Shown: piece by piece, positions 49,501 to 58,729 of the stretch
Numbering within the stretch: the stretch's first letter is position 1
How the letters are laid out: the number at the start of each line of letters is the position of its first letter
DNA from: Macrostomum hystrix
Lineage: Eukaryota; Animalia; Platyhelminthes
Length of the DNA: 64,000 nucleotides
Direction: 5' to 3'
Assembly (NCBI GenBank): GCA_950097015.1
Contig: CATNEN010000039.1
Location: 18,910,001 to 18,974,000, forward strand
Notes under the pieces: generated by a model
The model's input: the letters and a program-made list of their open reading frames with translations, nothing else
Told to the model about the DNA's origin: nothing
Database searches by the model: none
Program-made: the position numbers and the translations under genes

Positions 49501-50014
49501 CTATTCTCTCTAATCCGTTTCTACTCTCTCTAATCCATCTCTAATCTCTCTAATCATCTCTATTCTCTCTAATCCATGTCTTATCTCTCTAATCCATCTA
49601 TAATCACTCTAATCCATCTCTAATCACTCCAATCCATCTCTACTCTCTCTAATCCATCTCTAATCTCTCTAATCCATCTCTACTCTCTCTAATCCATCTC
49701 TAATCTCTCTAATCATCTCTATTCTCTCTAATCCATGTCTTATCTCTCTAATCCATCTATAATCACTCCAATCCATCTCTACTCTCTCTAATCCGTTTCT
49801 ACTCTCTCTAATCCATCTCTCTAATCTTTCTAATCCATCACAGGAATACGCTCGCCGCAATGGAGGCCGCGGCCCCTTAATGTACGGCGTCTCAGAGTCC
49901 AACAGCATCTTCGGCAACGGCCTTCACGACTCGGTCACCGCCGGCTGTCGCAGCCTCCCGACCAGCCTCATCATTCGCCGAATGGCTGCCGCTGCGAATC
50001 GGAGTAGAAGATGA
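43502..50014 (+). CDS. Secreted clan-CD (C13/legumain-like, caspase-hemoglobinase fold) pseudo-peptidase, ~497 aa; exons 43502-43889, 44169-44857, 45376-45621, 49844-50014
   Basis: Signal peptide MIWPLLLLLLWWPANAVAS; Cys-rich N-terminal half; fold motifs QAVLVAGGWN, KLRDVGF...VQTFYAD, NLVIYLRSPA, LLLWD, YSPEELLADL, RVIVFLDTNFA, VAVLAASSKNE. All junctions GT-AG and phase-consistent. Confidence 0.8.
43925..44095. repeat. Intronic 23-bp minisatellite (TCTGAGGATTTAGAAATTAGGAA)
   Basis: Direct reading. Confidence 0.9.
44885..45172 (-). mobile_element. tRNA-derived CORE-like SINE (intronic)
   Basis: Minus strand: A-box TAGCCTGATAGTTA, B-box GGTTCGATTCC, CORE-like GTGTCCTATAGCAA...CACCCACCTGTTAAATGAGTATCCAG, palindromic CAGTCCATGGACTG, AT-rich tail. 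Confidence 0.7.
45660..45928. repeat. Intronic 20-bp minisatellite (CTCACTCCATTCACACCTGT)
   Basis: Direct reading. Confidence 0.93.
46715..49838. repeat. Intronic ~20-bp minisatellite (TCTAATCCATCTCTAATCTC), ~3.1 kb
   Basis: Nearly G-free on the + strand; runs up to the acceptor at 49843. Confidence 0.96.
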
Positions 50015-50634
50015 AAAATACGGAGATTGAAACGGATTCAAGACAACTGTGAAACAGTTCGACTCATTCTATTGAATTATCGTTTTCATTGACTCGTCTC
50101 ATCTGTCACTTATTTTGTAACTTTTTGTTTAAATCCTTGTATTCGATTATTTTAAAATCATTTTATTTGATACAGATAAGGTTGAAGCTTAACTGGGTCA
50201 CCTTTGTAAAAAAAACTAATGACACAACGACACTAAGAAAAAAATTATTGAGCAATCTATTATTATGATACCTTTAATAAGATAATTAGGGGTGAAAAAT
50301 AACTGAATAAACTCTTCATTTTGATTCATCTCGTCCGGAAAAAACAACATTTCGTTTAATTCGTTGCATTTTTGTTCTCAACTGAAAAATAATACTCGAT
50401 TAATTTAGCTGCAGCCCTGAATTAAGAATCGGATGTTATTTTTCTGTTGTTTCTGCGTGAAATTCAAGCAAATAGTCATTTTAGATAACAACATTTTGCG
50501 ATGAAAATAAATTGCACCAATTAAAAGACCCGAAACTAAAAAACTATAGAGCTCGGCCTTGCATTCTCAAAAAATATTTCTGTGCTTTACCTCTCCGATT
50601 CACTTCTTTTATCGTAAGTACTTCTACGGGAGAC

Positions 50635-51387
50635 TGTAAGTCTAGGGGAGACTCCTGCTGCGATTCTAGGGGAGACTCCTGCTGCGATTCTAGGTGAGAC
50701 TCCTTCTGCGATTCTAGGTGAGACTCCTTCTGCGATTCTAGGTGAGACTACTGCTGCGATTCTAGGGGAGACTCCTGCTGCGATTCTAGGTGAGACTCCT
50801 GCTGCGATTCTAGGTGAGACTTCTGCTGCGATTCTAGGTGAGACTCCTGCTGCGATTCTAGGTGAGACTCCTGCTGCGATTCTAGGTTAGACTCCTGCTG
50901 CGATTCTAGGTGAGACTCCTTCTGCGATTCTAGGTGAGACTACTGCTGCGATTCTAGGGGAGACTCCTGCTGCGATTCTAGGTGAGACTCCTGCTGCGAT
51001 TCTAGGTGAGACTCCTTCTGCGATTCTAGGTGAGACTACTGCTGCGATTCTAGGTTAGACTCCTGCTGCGATTCTAGGTGAGACTCTAGCTGCGATTCTA
51101 GGTGAGACTCCTGCTGCGATTCTAGGTGAGACTACTGCTGCGATTCTAGGTTAGACTCCTGCTGCGATTCTAGGTGAGACTCTAGCTGCGATTCTAGGGG
51201 AGACTCCTGCTGCGATTCTAGGTTAGACTCCTGCTGCGATTCTAGGTGAGACTCCTTCTGCGATTCTAGGTGAGACTACTGCTGCGATTCTAGGGGAGAC
51301 TCCTGCTGCGATTCTAGGTGAGACTCCTGCTGCGATTCTAGGTGAGACTCCTGCTGCGATTCTAGGTGAGACTACTGCTGCGATTCT
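50635..51387. repeat. 24-bp minisatellite (GAGACTCCTGCTGCGATTCTAGGT)
   Basis: Direct reading; reverse-complement relative of the array at 58730. Confidence 0.95.
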
Positions 51388-51827
51388 TTCGCAGTCAAAT
51401 TTTCGTGTTTCTTGTAATTCCAGTATCACTGCGCACAACGGCACTTTAGAACCGGTCGCCTAGTATTTACCAGACCTCTGAATACCCATTTGCCTACGAG
51501 CGTATTTTGCATCCGACCAGCTGAGCTAGTACAGTTTTCAAGCTTCGGCACCAACTGAAAAATTGTGATTGGCGGCTCCGTTTGTTTTTTATTTGGAAGC
51601 CGGAGGGATGCGAAAAATCTATGATGACCCCCAACGGCAAATTTGGCTCCCTGGGGATTTTAGCGACAGAGGAATCCGAAGGATGACTGAAGCAGCTCGC
51701 TTTGGAACTGATTTGCACCAGCAAGGGTTGGAGGAATTGTTATTCGGGTTGGAGACTTTCTACTGAAGGAAGCCCTCAAAGCTCTTTAACTAGCCTTTAA
51801 AGTTCTCATCTTTTTTGTATTTCGCTA

Positions 51828-53276
51828 TTCCCCTGTTCTTTCTACGCCTGTCCACTCCCCTGTTCTTTGTGCCCCTGTCCACTTCCCTGTTCTTTCTACG
51901 CCTGTCCACTCCCCTGTTCTTTCTACGCCTGTCCACTCCCCTGTTCTTTCTACGCCTGTCCACTCCCCTGTTCTTTGTGCCCCTGTCCACTCCCCTGTTC
52001 TTTGTGCCCCTGTCCACTCCCCTGTTCTTTGTGCCCCTGTCCACTTCCCTGTTCTTTCAACGCCTGTCCACTCCCCTGTTCTTTCTACGCCTTTGTACCC
52101 CTGTCCACTCCCCTGTTCCTTCTACCCCTGTCCACTTATCCTGTTCTTTCTACGCCTGTCCACTCCCCTGTTCTTTGTACCCCTGTCCACTCCCCTGTTC
52201 TTTCTACCCCTGTCCACTTCCCCTGTTCTTTCTACTCTTGTCCACTTATCCTGCTCTTTCTACCCCTGTCCACTTATCCTGTTCTTTCTACCCCTGTCCA
52301 CTTCCTCTGTTCTTTCTACCCTTGTCCCATCCCCTGTACTTTCTACCCCTGTCCACTTATCCTGTTCTTTCTACCCCTGTCCACTCCCCTGTTCTTTCTA
52401 CCCCTGTCCACTCCCCTGTTCTTTCTACCCCTGTCCACTCCCCTGTTCTTTCTACCCCTGTCCACTCCCCTGTTCTTTGTATCCCTGTCCACTCCCCGGT
52501 TCTTTGTATCCCTGTCCACTCCCCTGTTCCTTCTACCCCTGTCCACTTATCCTGTTCTTTCTACCCCTGTCTATTTATCCTGTTCTTTCTACCCCTGTCC
52601 ACTCCCCTGTTCTTTCTACCCCTGTCCACTCCCCTGTTCTTTCTACCCCTGTCCACTCCCCTGTTCTTTGTATCCCTGTCCACTCCCCGGTTCTTTGTAC
52701 CCCTGTCCACTTATCCTGTTCTTTCTACCCCTGTCTATTTATCCTGTTCTTTCTACCCCTATCTACTTCCCCTGTTTTTTCTACCCCTGTCCACTTATCC
52801 TGTTCTTTCTACCCCTGTCTATTTTTCCTGTTCTTTCTACCCCTATCTACTTCCCCTGTTCTTTCTACCCCTGTCCACTTATCCTGTTCTTTCTACGCCT
52901 GTCCACTCCCCTGTTCTTTCTACCCCTATCCACTTCCCCTGTTCTTTCTACCCCTGTCCACTTATCCTGTTCTTTCTACGCCTGTCCACTCCCCTGTTCT
53001 TTCTACCCCTGTCCACTCCCCTGTTCTTTCTACGCCTGTCCACTCCCCTGTTCTTTCTACGCCTGTCCACTCCCCTGTTCTTTCTACCCCTGTCCACTTA
53101 TCCTGTTCTTTCTACGCCTGTCCACTCCCCTGTTCTTTCTACCCCTGTCCACTCCCCTGTTCTTTCTACGCCTGTCCACTCCCCTGTTCTTTCTACCCCT
53201 GTCCACTCCTCTGTTCTTTCTACCCCTGTCCACTTATCCTGTTCTTTCTACCCCTGTCTACTTCCCCTGTTCTTTC
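51828..53276. repeat. 27-bp minisatellite (CCCCTGTCCACTCCCCTGTTCTTTCTA), left half
   Basis: Interrupted by the LTR element and resumes at 57704. Confidence 0.95.
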
Positions 53277-56200
53277 TGACGTGCCGGGGTTTGAGCCGTG
53301 AATGAACCGTGAACTGTGTTAAGCAAGTGAACTGTGGTAGATCTGCAGGCCTGCGCGCCAACCGCACTCTGACCCAATGTACGCAGCCTGAATATTGATT
53401 ATTGATGTACTCAACACCTGTTGACTTTTAAGCCTTGTTGACTCGTCTACTTATATATATATGCAAGTGTATCGTGATACATCGTGACTAATAAACTAAA
53501 TTCGCTACTAACCCAAACCAAGCCTACGGGCAGTCTTGCCTTATACTCCTGAGCACGGCTTGACAATGGCATCGCAAGCATCTGAACTAAACCTGGAAGA
53601 TCCAGACACAGCCGAAGCCTGGCTGCTCAGTTTCGCGGCCGCTGCACGGACCAAGAAACTGAAGGATTCGGAAGAGGAACACCAGATCACTGATCTATTC
53701 CTCTCGAGGGCAGGCCTCAAGGCACTGAGAACCCTGACCCTCATGGCTGCCCCAGACAGCCTGGAGACCAAAACATTCGCACAGATCCGCGACATCATCG
53801 ATGCAACCATTCGGCCCAAGCGGCGCCTCACCATTGCCGAGAGGGTGAAATTCCTCTCCCTCAGGCAGGATCCGAGCGAAGGCGTCGCATCGTACTACCG
53901 CCGGCTCCGAGCAGCTGCTGCCTCGTGCAGTTTTGAGAAGCTAGGCTCGAAACAGACCTGTGAGGACGAACTCATCACCATGAGGCTCGTGGACGGTCTT
54001 GCCTCCGTGGACCACAAGCGCAGACTGCTGGAGAGGATGCAGGGCATCGACATGCTGCTGACCGATGTGCTGCAAGAGCTTGAGCAGTTGGAGCAGATTC
54101 GCTACTACAACGCCGGCACCGGGCCCACCGTCACCACCGAGTCAAGCATCGCCTATGCAGGTCGGCGCGCCGCACCTCCACAGCTTCCTCCGGACACCAG
54201 ATCGCCGAGGCACACAACCAGGACGAAGTGCCAATACTGTGGCGGTTCGCACCAGCAGGGCTCATGCCCCGCCTTCGGCAAAAGGTGCACCACCTGCAAC
54301 AAGAAAAACCACTACGCAGCCGTTTGCAGGTCCCGCACTGTGCACTTGGAGACCTGGGAGGAGGACGATGATACCGCCCCGAAGCCAGATGTCGCCAACG
54401 TCTTCGTCATCAGACCGGAGAACAAGGAGCGAAAAGGCATCTTCCGGCGCGTCAAGATCAACGGCAAAGAGCTGCAGATGCAAGTGGACACAGGCGCCGA
54501 CGTAAGCCTCATTCCCAGGGGCCACTGGGAGATGCTCGGGCGTCCAGCGCTGAGGAAGTCCAAGCGAATCCTGAGGCAATTTGATGGATCAATAATCAAG
54601 ACCCTGGGCGAGTTCACAGCAACGTGGAATGATAAAGACAAGTTCCGCACTGTCGACTTGGTTGTCACTGCAGCACACAAGTCACACGGGCTGTTGGGCC
54701 TCGACAACCTGGATTGGAACTCTGAGAGGCAGACAGTCGGTGGCCAAGGCACTGCAGTACAGCACCTCAATTGCCTGAAGGGTTTCCAAGCCAGAATCAA
54801 GCTGATCGAAGGTGCCAAGCCATTCTACTGCGCAGCCAGAGCGGTGCCGCTGCACCTGCGCGACCGCGTCAACCAAGAGCTGAAGCGCCTCCAGGCTGAA
54901 GGAATAATTGAACCAGTGACCGAAGGCGGTAGCGAGTGGGCGTCACCAATCGTCTGCGTCCTCAAACCCAACGGCAACATCAGAATTTGTGCCGATTACA
55001 AGGCGGGGGTCAATCATCAAGTGTGCGGAGACACCTATCCAATGCCAACCGTCGAGACCATCTTCTCGGATGTCGCCGGAATGACTGACTTCGCGACCCT
55101 CGACCTATCTGACGCGTATCTACAGATTGAACTCGAGGAGAAGAGCAGGGAAGTCACTACGATTGCGACCCCACTCGGTCTGTTTCGCTACACCCGACTC
55201 GTGCCGGGCCTCAAGTCAGCATCCGCCATCTTTCAAAAGGCCATGGAGACTACCCTTGAGGAGGTGAACGGCAAGGTCATCTATCAAGACGATATTCTGC
55301 TCGGAGGTCGCTCCAGCGAAGATCTCAAAGCCAAAGTCGATGAAGTAATTAAGATCCTCCAGGCAGCCGGAATGAACATAAATCTCGCCAAGTCCAACTT
55401 GGGCGCCAAGAGCGTCAAGTTCCTCGGCTACAGAATCGGTGCAGAAGGAATCTCTCCGGACCCTGGACTGGTCAGCAAGATCAAAGAAATCTCTGCACCA
55501 CGCGACCGTCGCCAGTTGGAGTCCTTCCTCGGCCTCTGCAATTTCTTCGGAAGGTTCGTCAACAATTATGCGCACATCGTCGAGCCCCTGAACCAGCTGC
55601 GCAAGAAGGGAGTGGAGTTCACTTGGACAACTGCACAGGAGGCGGCCTTCCACCAGCTAAAGAAGCTCCTGAGCTCCAGCCCGATCATCCAGCCATACGA
55701 CCGGACAAAGGAAACAACGCTCACGACCGACGCCAGTGAGAAGGCGGTGGCCGCCGTGCTCACGCAAGAAGGTCATCCCGTCATCTACTTCAGCAGGCGG
55801 TTGACGGAGGCAGAGACACGCTACTCCAACATCGAACGGGAGGCGCTGGCGATTGTGTGGTCAATGGAGAGGTCCCGTCAGTTCCTACTGGGCAAGCGCT
55901 TCACTCTGCGAACCGACCACCGCCCTCTCGAGTTTCTGTTCGGGGCACGGCAGCAGCTCCCTAAAGTCGCCAATGCCCGCATCCTGCGCTGGGCGATCCG
56001 CCTCATGGGATTTGACTTCGCTATTGAGTACGCCCGCGGAGTCGACATCCCGCACGCCGATGCGTTGTCTCGTCTTGACTTCGCTGACGTCCCGGACGAT
56101 CCATATGAGGCGGCACCCCAACAACACCTGGTGCATTGGGCCGGTGAAAGCGTCATCGGCTGGACTGAGCTGGCAGAGGAGACAAAGCACGATAGACTGC

Positions 56201-57703
56201 TAGCGGACATCACTCGAAGGATAGCTGGAAACCGTTGGTCGGGTTGCTCGCCTGCGGAACGGCAATTCAAAGCAATTCGACATGCGCTCACTCTAGACGG
56301 CTCGGTGGTGTGCTACGGCGATCGCCCGGTCATTCCTGCTTCACTACGCAGTCGCGTCCTGGAATTGGTGCACAGCGGGGCGCATCCGGGCGCCACGAGC
56401 ACTCGAGCGCTGGTCCGCAACTCCGTCTGGTGGCCAGGCTACTGCGGTGACGTCGAAGGATTCGTCCGTGCCTGCCACACCTGCGCCAAGCAACGTCAAA
56501 GTAGTCACAGCAGTGTCCACCAATGGCCCGCCGAGTCTGAGCCTTGGGGGCGCGTGCACATGGACCACGCTCACGTTCCGAAGGTTGGGCTCCTGCTGAT
56601 CCTGGTCGACGCCATGTCTGCCTGGCCGGAGGCTATCCGAGTGCCCGACAAGAGCGCCGCCACCGTCAGGCGGGTCCTCCAGGAGGTCTTCGCCCGCAAC
56701 GGAGTGCCGAGAACCCTGGTGAGTGACAATGCTGCAGAGTTCCATGATGAGGGGTTGGTGAGCTGGCTGCACAGAATCGGCTGCCGCGCTGTGAAAACCC
56801 CACCATATCATCCCCAGTCCAACGGCCTGGCCGAGCGAATGGTGCAGACAATCAAGGTGGCCTCGGCGGGCTGGGATCAGCAGGAGCCGTACGACGCGTT
56901 CCTGGCACGGATCCTACTGAACTACCGATGTGTACCGCACGCCGGAAGGGAGTTCAGCCCGGCGCAACTAATGGGAAGGCAGCTGCGAAACCCCATCACC
57001 ATGAAGACAGCGATCCGCTCTGAGGTCTGGTACGCTCCAACGCCGAGTGCCACACCGGAGAAGGCGGAGTTCCTGGCGCAGAAAGGGTCCAACACGGCGC
57101 TGATCATGCGACAGGGTGACCGGGTCACGCTCGCCCACCTAGACCAACTGCGTCGGCACGAAGCCGGCGGCAATGGAGACGTTGCGACAGCCGCAGTCAG
57201 CCACGAAGTTGCTCCGAGACCCGCTGACTTGCCTGAAGCGCGACATGAAAACATGCCTGCGTCCTTGACCCAGGCAAGCGCGCCAGGGGAGACCGCAGAT
57301 CCGCCGCCAGCGGCCAGTGGCAGAGTGCCGTCACCGGCCGCGACTCCCCAGAGACCGAGCTACAACCTCCGTGCGAATCGGGGCGTGCCGCCCGAGCGGT
57401 TCGAAGGGGGGAGATGACGTGCCGGGGTTTGAGCCGTGAATGAACCGTGAACTGTGTTAAGCAAGTGAACTGTGGTAGATCTGCAGGCCTGCGCGCCAAC
57501 CGCACTCTGACCCAATGTACGCAGCCTGAATATTGATTATTGATGTACTCAACACCTGTTGACTTTTAAGCCTTGTTGACTCGTCTACTTATATATATAT
57601 GCAAGTGTATCGTGATACATCGTGACTAATAAACTAAATTCGCTACTAACCCAAACCAAGCCTACGGGCAGTCTTGCCTTATACTCCTGAGCACGGCTTG
57701 ACA
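53277..57703 (+). mobile_element. Full-length Ty3/Gypsy LTR retrotransposon (Mag-like), 4,427 bp
   Basis: 289-bp TG...CA LTRs (53277-53565; 57415-57703), identical by eye. 5-bp TSD CTTTC. PBS-like TGGCATCGC at 53567. PPT GAAGGGGGGAGA before the 3' LTR. Domain order PR-RT-RH-IN. Confidence 0.98.
53566..57417 (+). CDS. Single Gag-Pol polyprotein, 1,283 aa
   Basis: Zn knuckles CQYCGGSH....C and CTTCNKKNH....C; protease VDTGA; RT DLSDAY...YQDD; RNase H TTDAS...YSNIEREALA; integrase HPG...WWP...C..C, HMD, SDN, SNGLAER. No stops. Confidence 0.97.
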   Translation: MASQASELNLEDPDTAEAWLLSFAAAARTKKLKDSEEEHQITDLFLSRAGLKALRTLTLMAAPDSLETKTFAQIRDIIDATIRPKRRLTIAERVKFLSLRQDPSEGVASYYRRLRAAAASCSFEKLGSKQTCEDELITMRLVDGLASVDHKRRLLERMQGIDMLLTDVLQELEQLEQIRYYNAGTGPTVTTESSIAYAGRRAAPPQLPPDTRSPRHTTRTKCQYCGGSHQQGSCPAFGKRCTTCNKKNHYAAVCRSRTVHLETWEEDDDTAPKPDVANVFVIRPENKERKGIFRRVKINGKELQMQVDTGADVSLIPRGHWEMLGRPALRKSKRILRQFDGSIIKTLGEFTATWNDKDKFRTVDLVVTAAHKSHGLLGLDNLDWNSERQTVGGQGTAVQHLNCLKGFQARIKLIEGAKPFYCAARAVPLHLRDRVNQELKRLQAEGIIEPVTEGGSEWASPIVCVLKPNGNIRICADYKAGVNHQVCGDTYPMPTVETIFSDVAGMTDFATLDLSDAYLQIELEEKSREVTTIATPLGLFRYTRLVPGLKSASAIFQKAMETTLEEVNGKVIYQDDILLGGRSSEDLKAKVDEVIKILQAAGMNINLAKSNLGAKSVKFLGYRIGAEGISPDPGLVSKIKEISAPRDRRQLESFLGLCNFFGRFVNNYAHIVEPLNQLRKKGVEFTWTTAQEAAFHQLKKLLSSSPIIQPYDRTKETTLTTDASEKAVAAVLTQEGHPVIYFSRRLTEAETRYSNIEREALAIVWSMERSRQFLLGKRFTLRTDHRPLEFLFGARQQLPKVANARILRWAIRLMGFDFAIEYARGVDIPHADALSRLDFADVPDDPYEAAPQQHLVHWAGESVIGWTELAEETKHDRLLADITRRIAGNRWSGCSPAERQFKAIRHALTLDGSVVCYGDRPVIPASLRSRVLELVHSGAHPGATSTRALVRNSVWWPGYCGDVEGFVRACHTCAKQRQSSHSSVHQWPAESEPWGRVHMDHAHVPKVGLLLILVDAMSAWPEAIRVPDKSAATVRRVLQEVFARNGVPRTLVSDNAAEFHDEGLVSWLHRIGCRAVKTPPYHPQSNGLAERMVQTIKVASAGWDQQEPYDAFLARILLNYRCVPHAGREFSPAQLMGRQLRNPITMKTAIRSEVWYAPTPSATPEKAEFLAQKGSNTALIMRQGDRVTLAHLDQLRRHEAGGNGDVATAAVSHEVAPRPADLPEARHENMPASLTQASAPGETADPPPAASGRVPSPAATPQRPSYNLRANRGVPPERFEGGR

Positions 57704-58280
57704 CTTTCCAACCCTATCCACTCCCCTGTTCTTTCTACCCCTGTCCACTCCCCTGTTCTTTCTACCCCTGTCCACTCCCCTGTTCTTTCTACGCCTGTCC
57801 CCTCCCCTGTTCTTTCTACCCCTGTCCACTTATCCTGTTCTTTCTACCCCTGTCTACTTCCCCTGTTCTTTCTACCCCTGTCCACTTCCCCTGTTCTTTC
57901 TACCCCTGTCCACTCCCCTGTTCTTTCTACCCCTGTCCACTCCCCTGTTCTTTCTACGCCTGTCCCCTCCCCTGTTCTTTCTACCCCTGTCCACTTATCC
58001 TGTTCTTTCTACCCCTGTCTACTTCCCCTGTTCTTTCTACCCCTGTCCACTCCCCTGTTCTTTCTACCCCTGTCCACTCCCCTGTTCTTTCTACGCCTGT
58101 CCCCTCCCCTGTTCTTTCTACCCCTGTCCACTTATCCTGTTCTTTCTACCCCTGTCTACTTCCCTGTTCTTTCTACCCCTGTCTACTTCCCCTGTTCTTT
58201 CTACGCCTGTCCACTTCCCCTGTTCTTTCTACCTCTGTCCACACGCCTGTTCTTTCTACCCCTGTCCACTTCCCCTATCT
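57704..58280. repeat. 27-bp minisatellite, right half
   Basis: Same unit as 51828-53276. Confidence 0.95.
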
Positions 58281-58729
58281 TCCTCTACAGTTCTTTCAAC
58301 CCGTCTTTGTTCCCTAAAAAGTCCTTACTTTTCCGCTGATTGTATTTGATGTAGCAAGTGGCGAAGCCATAATTCCTTGACAATATGAAAAACAGCTACA
58401 TGGCACAAATGCATGGACTTCGTGTGATTCTATTCTGATGCTTGGAAACAGTCTGAAATTAAAAAAATCAAATTAAAAGCTGCAGTTTCAGCTATTTTGT
58501 AGATTGGTTACAAAATCTGACCGTTCGAGGGGAGAAGGAACAGCTGTTGAAATAATGTTTGATCGCCTGCCCCCTGTCCATGGTGCATTATCAAAAGTTT
58601 GGCCGACTGATGAAGTCGGGGCATTCAATAAAATGAGGGAATGCAGACACGGTTTATCCCAGACCGTGGGGCCAACACAACTGCAATACCAGTTGGAATT
58701 GATGTACAGAATCACAAGACTAGGATTCG

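Noticed and set aside
51815-53305. Cys/Pro-rich metallothionein- or keratin-like ORFs
   Set aside because: All three frames are open because the pyrimidine-rich 27-bp unit lacks stops.
53536-53565. Track start of Gag-Pol at TTG 53536 (and ORF 57674-58339)
   Set aside because: Lies inside the LTR; the first ATG is 53566, and the 3' LTR copy just reads into minisatellite.
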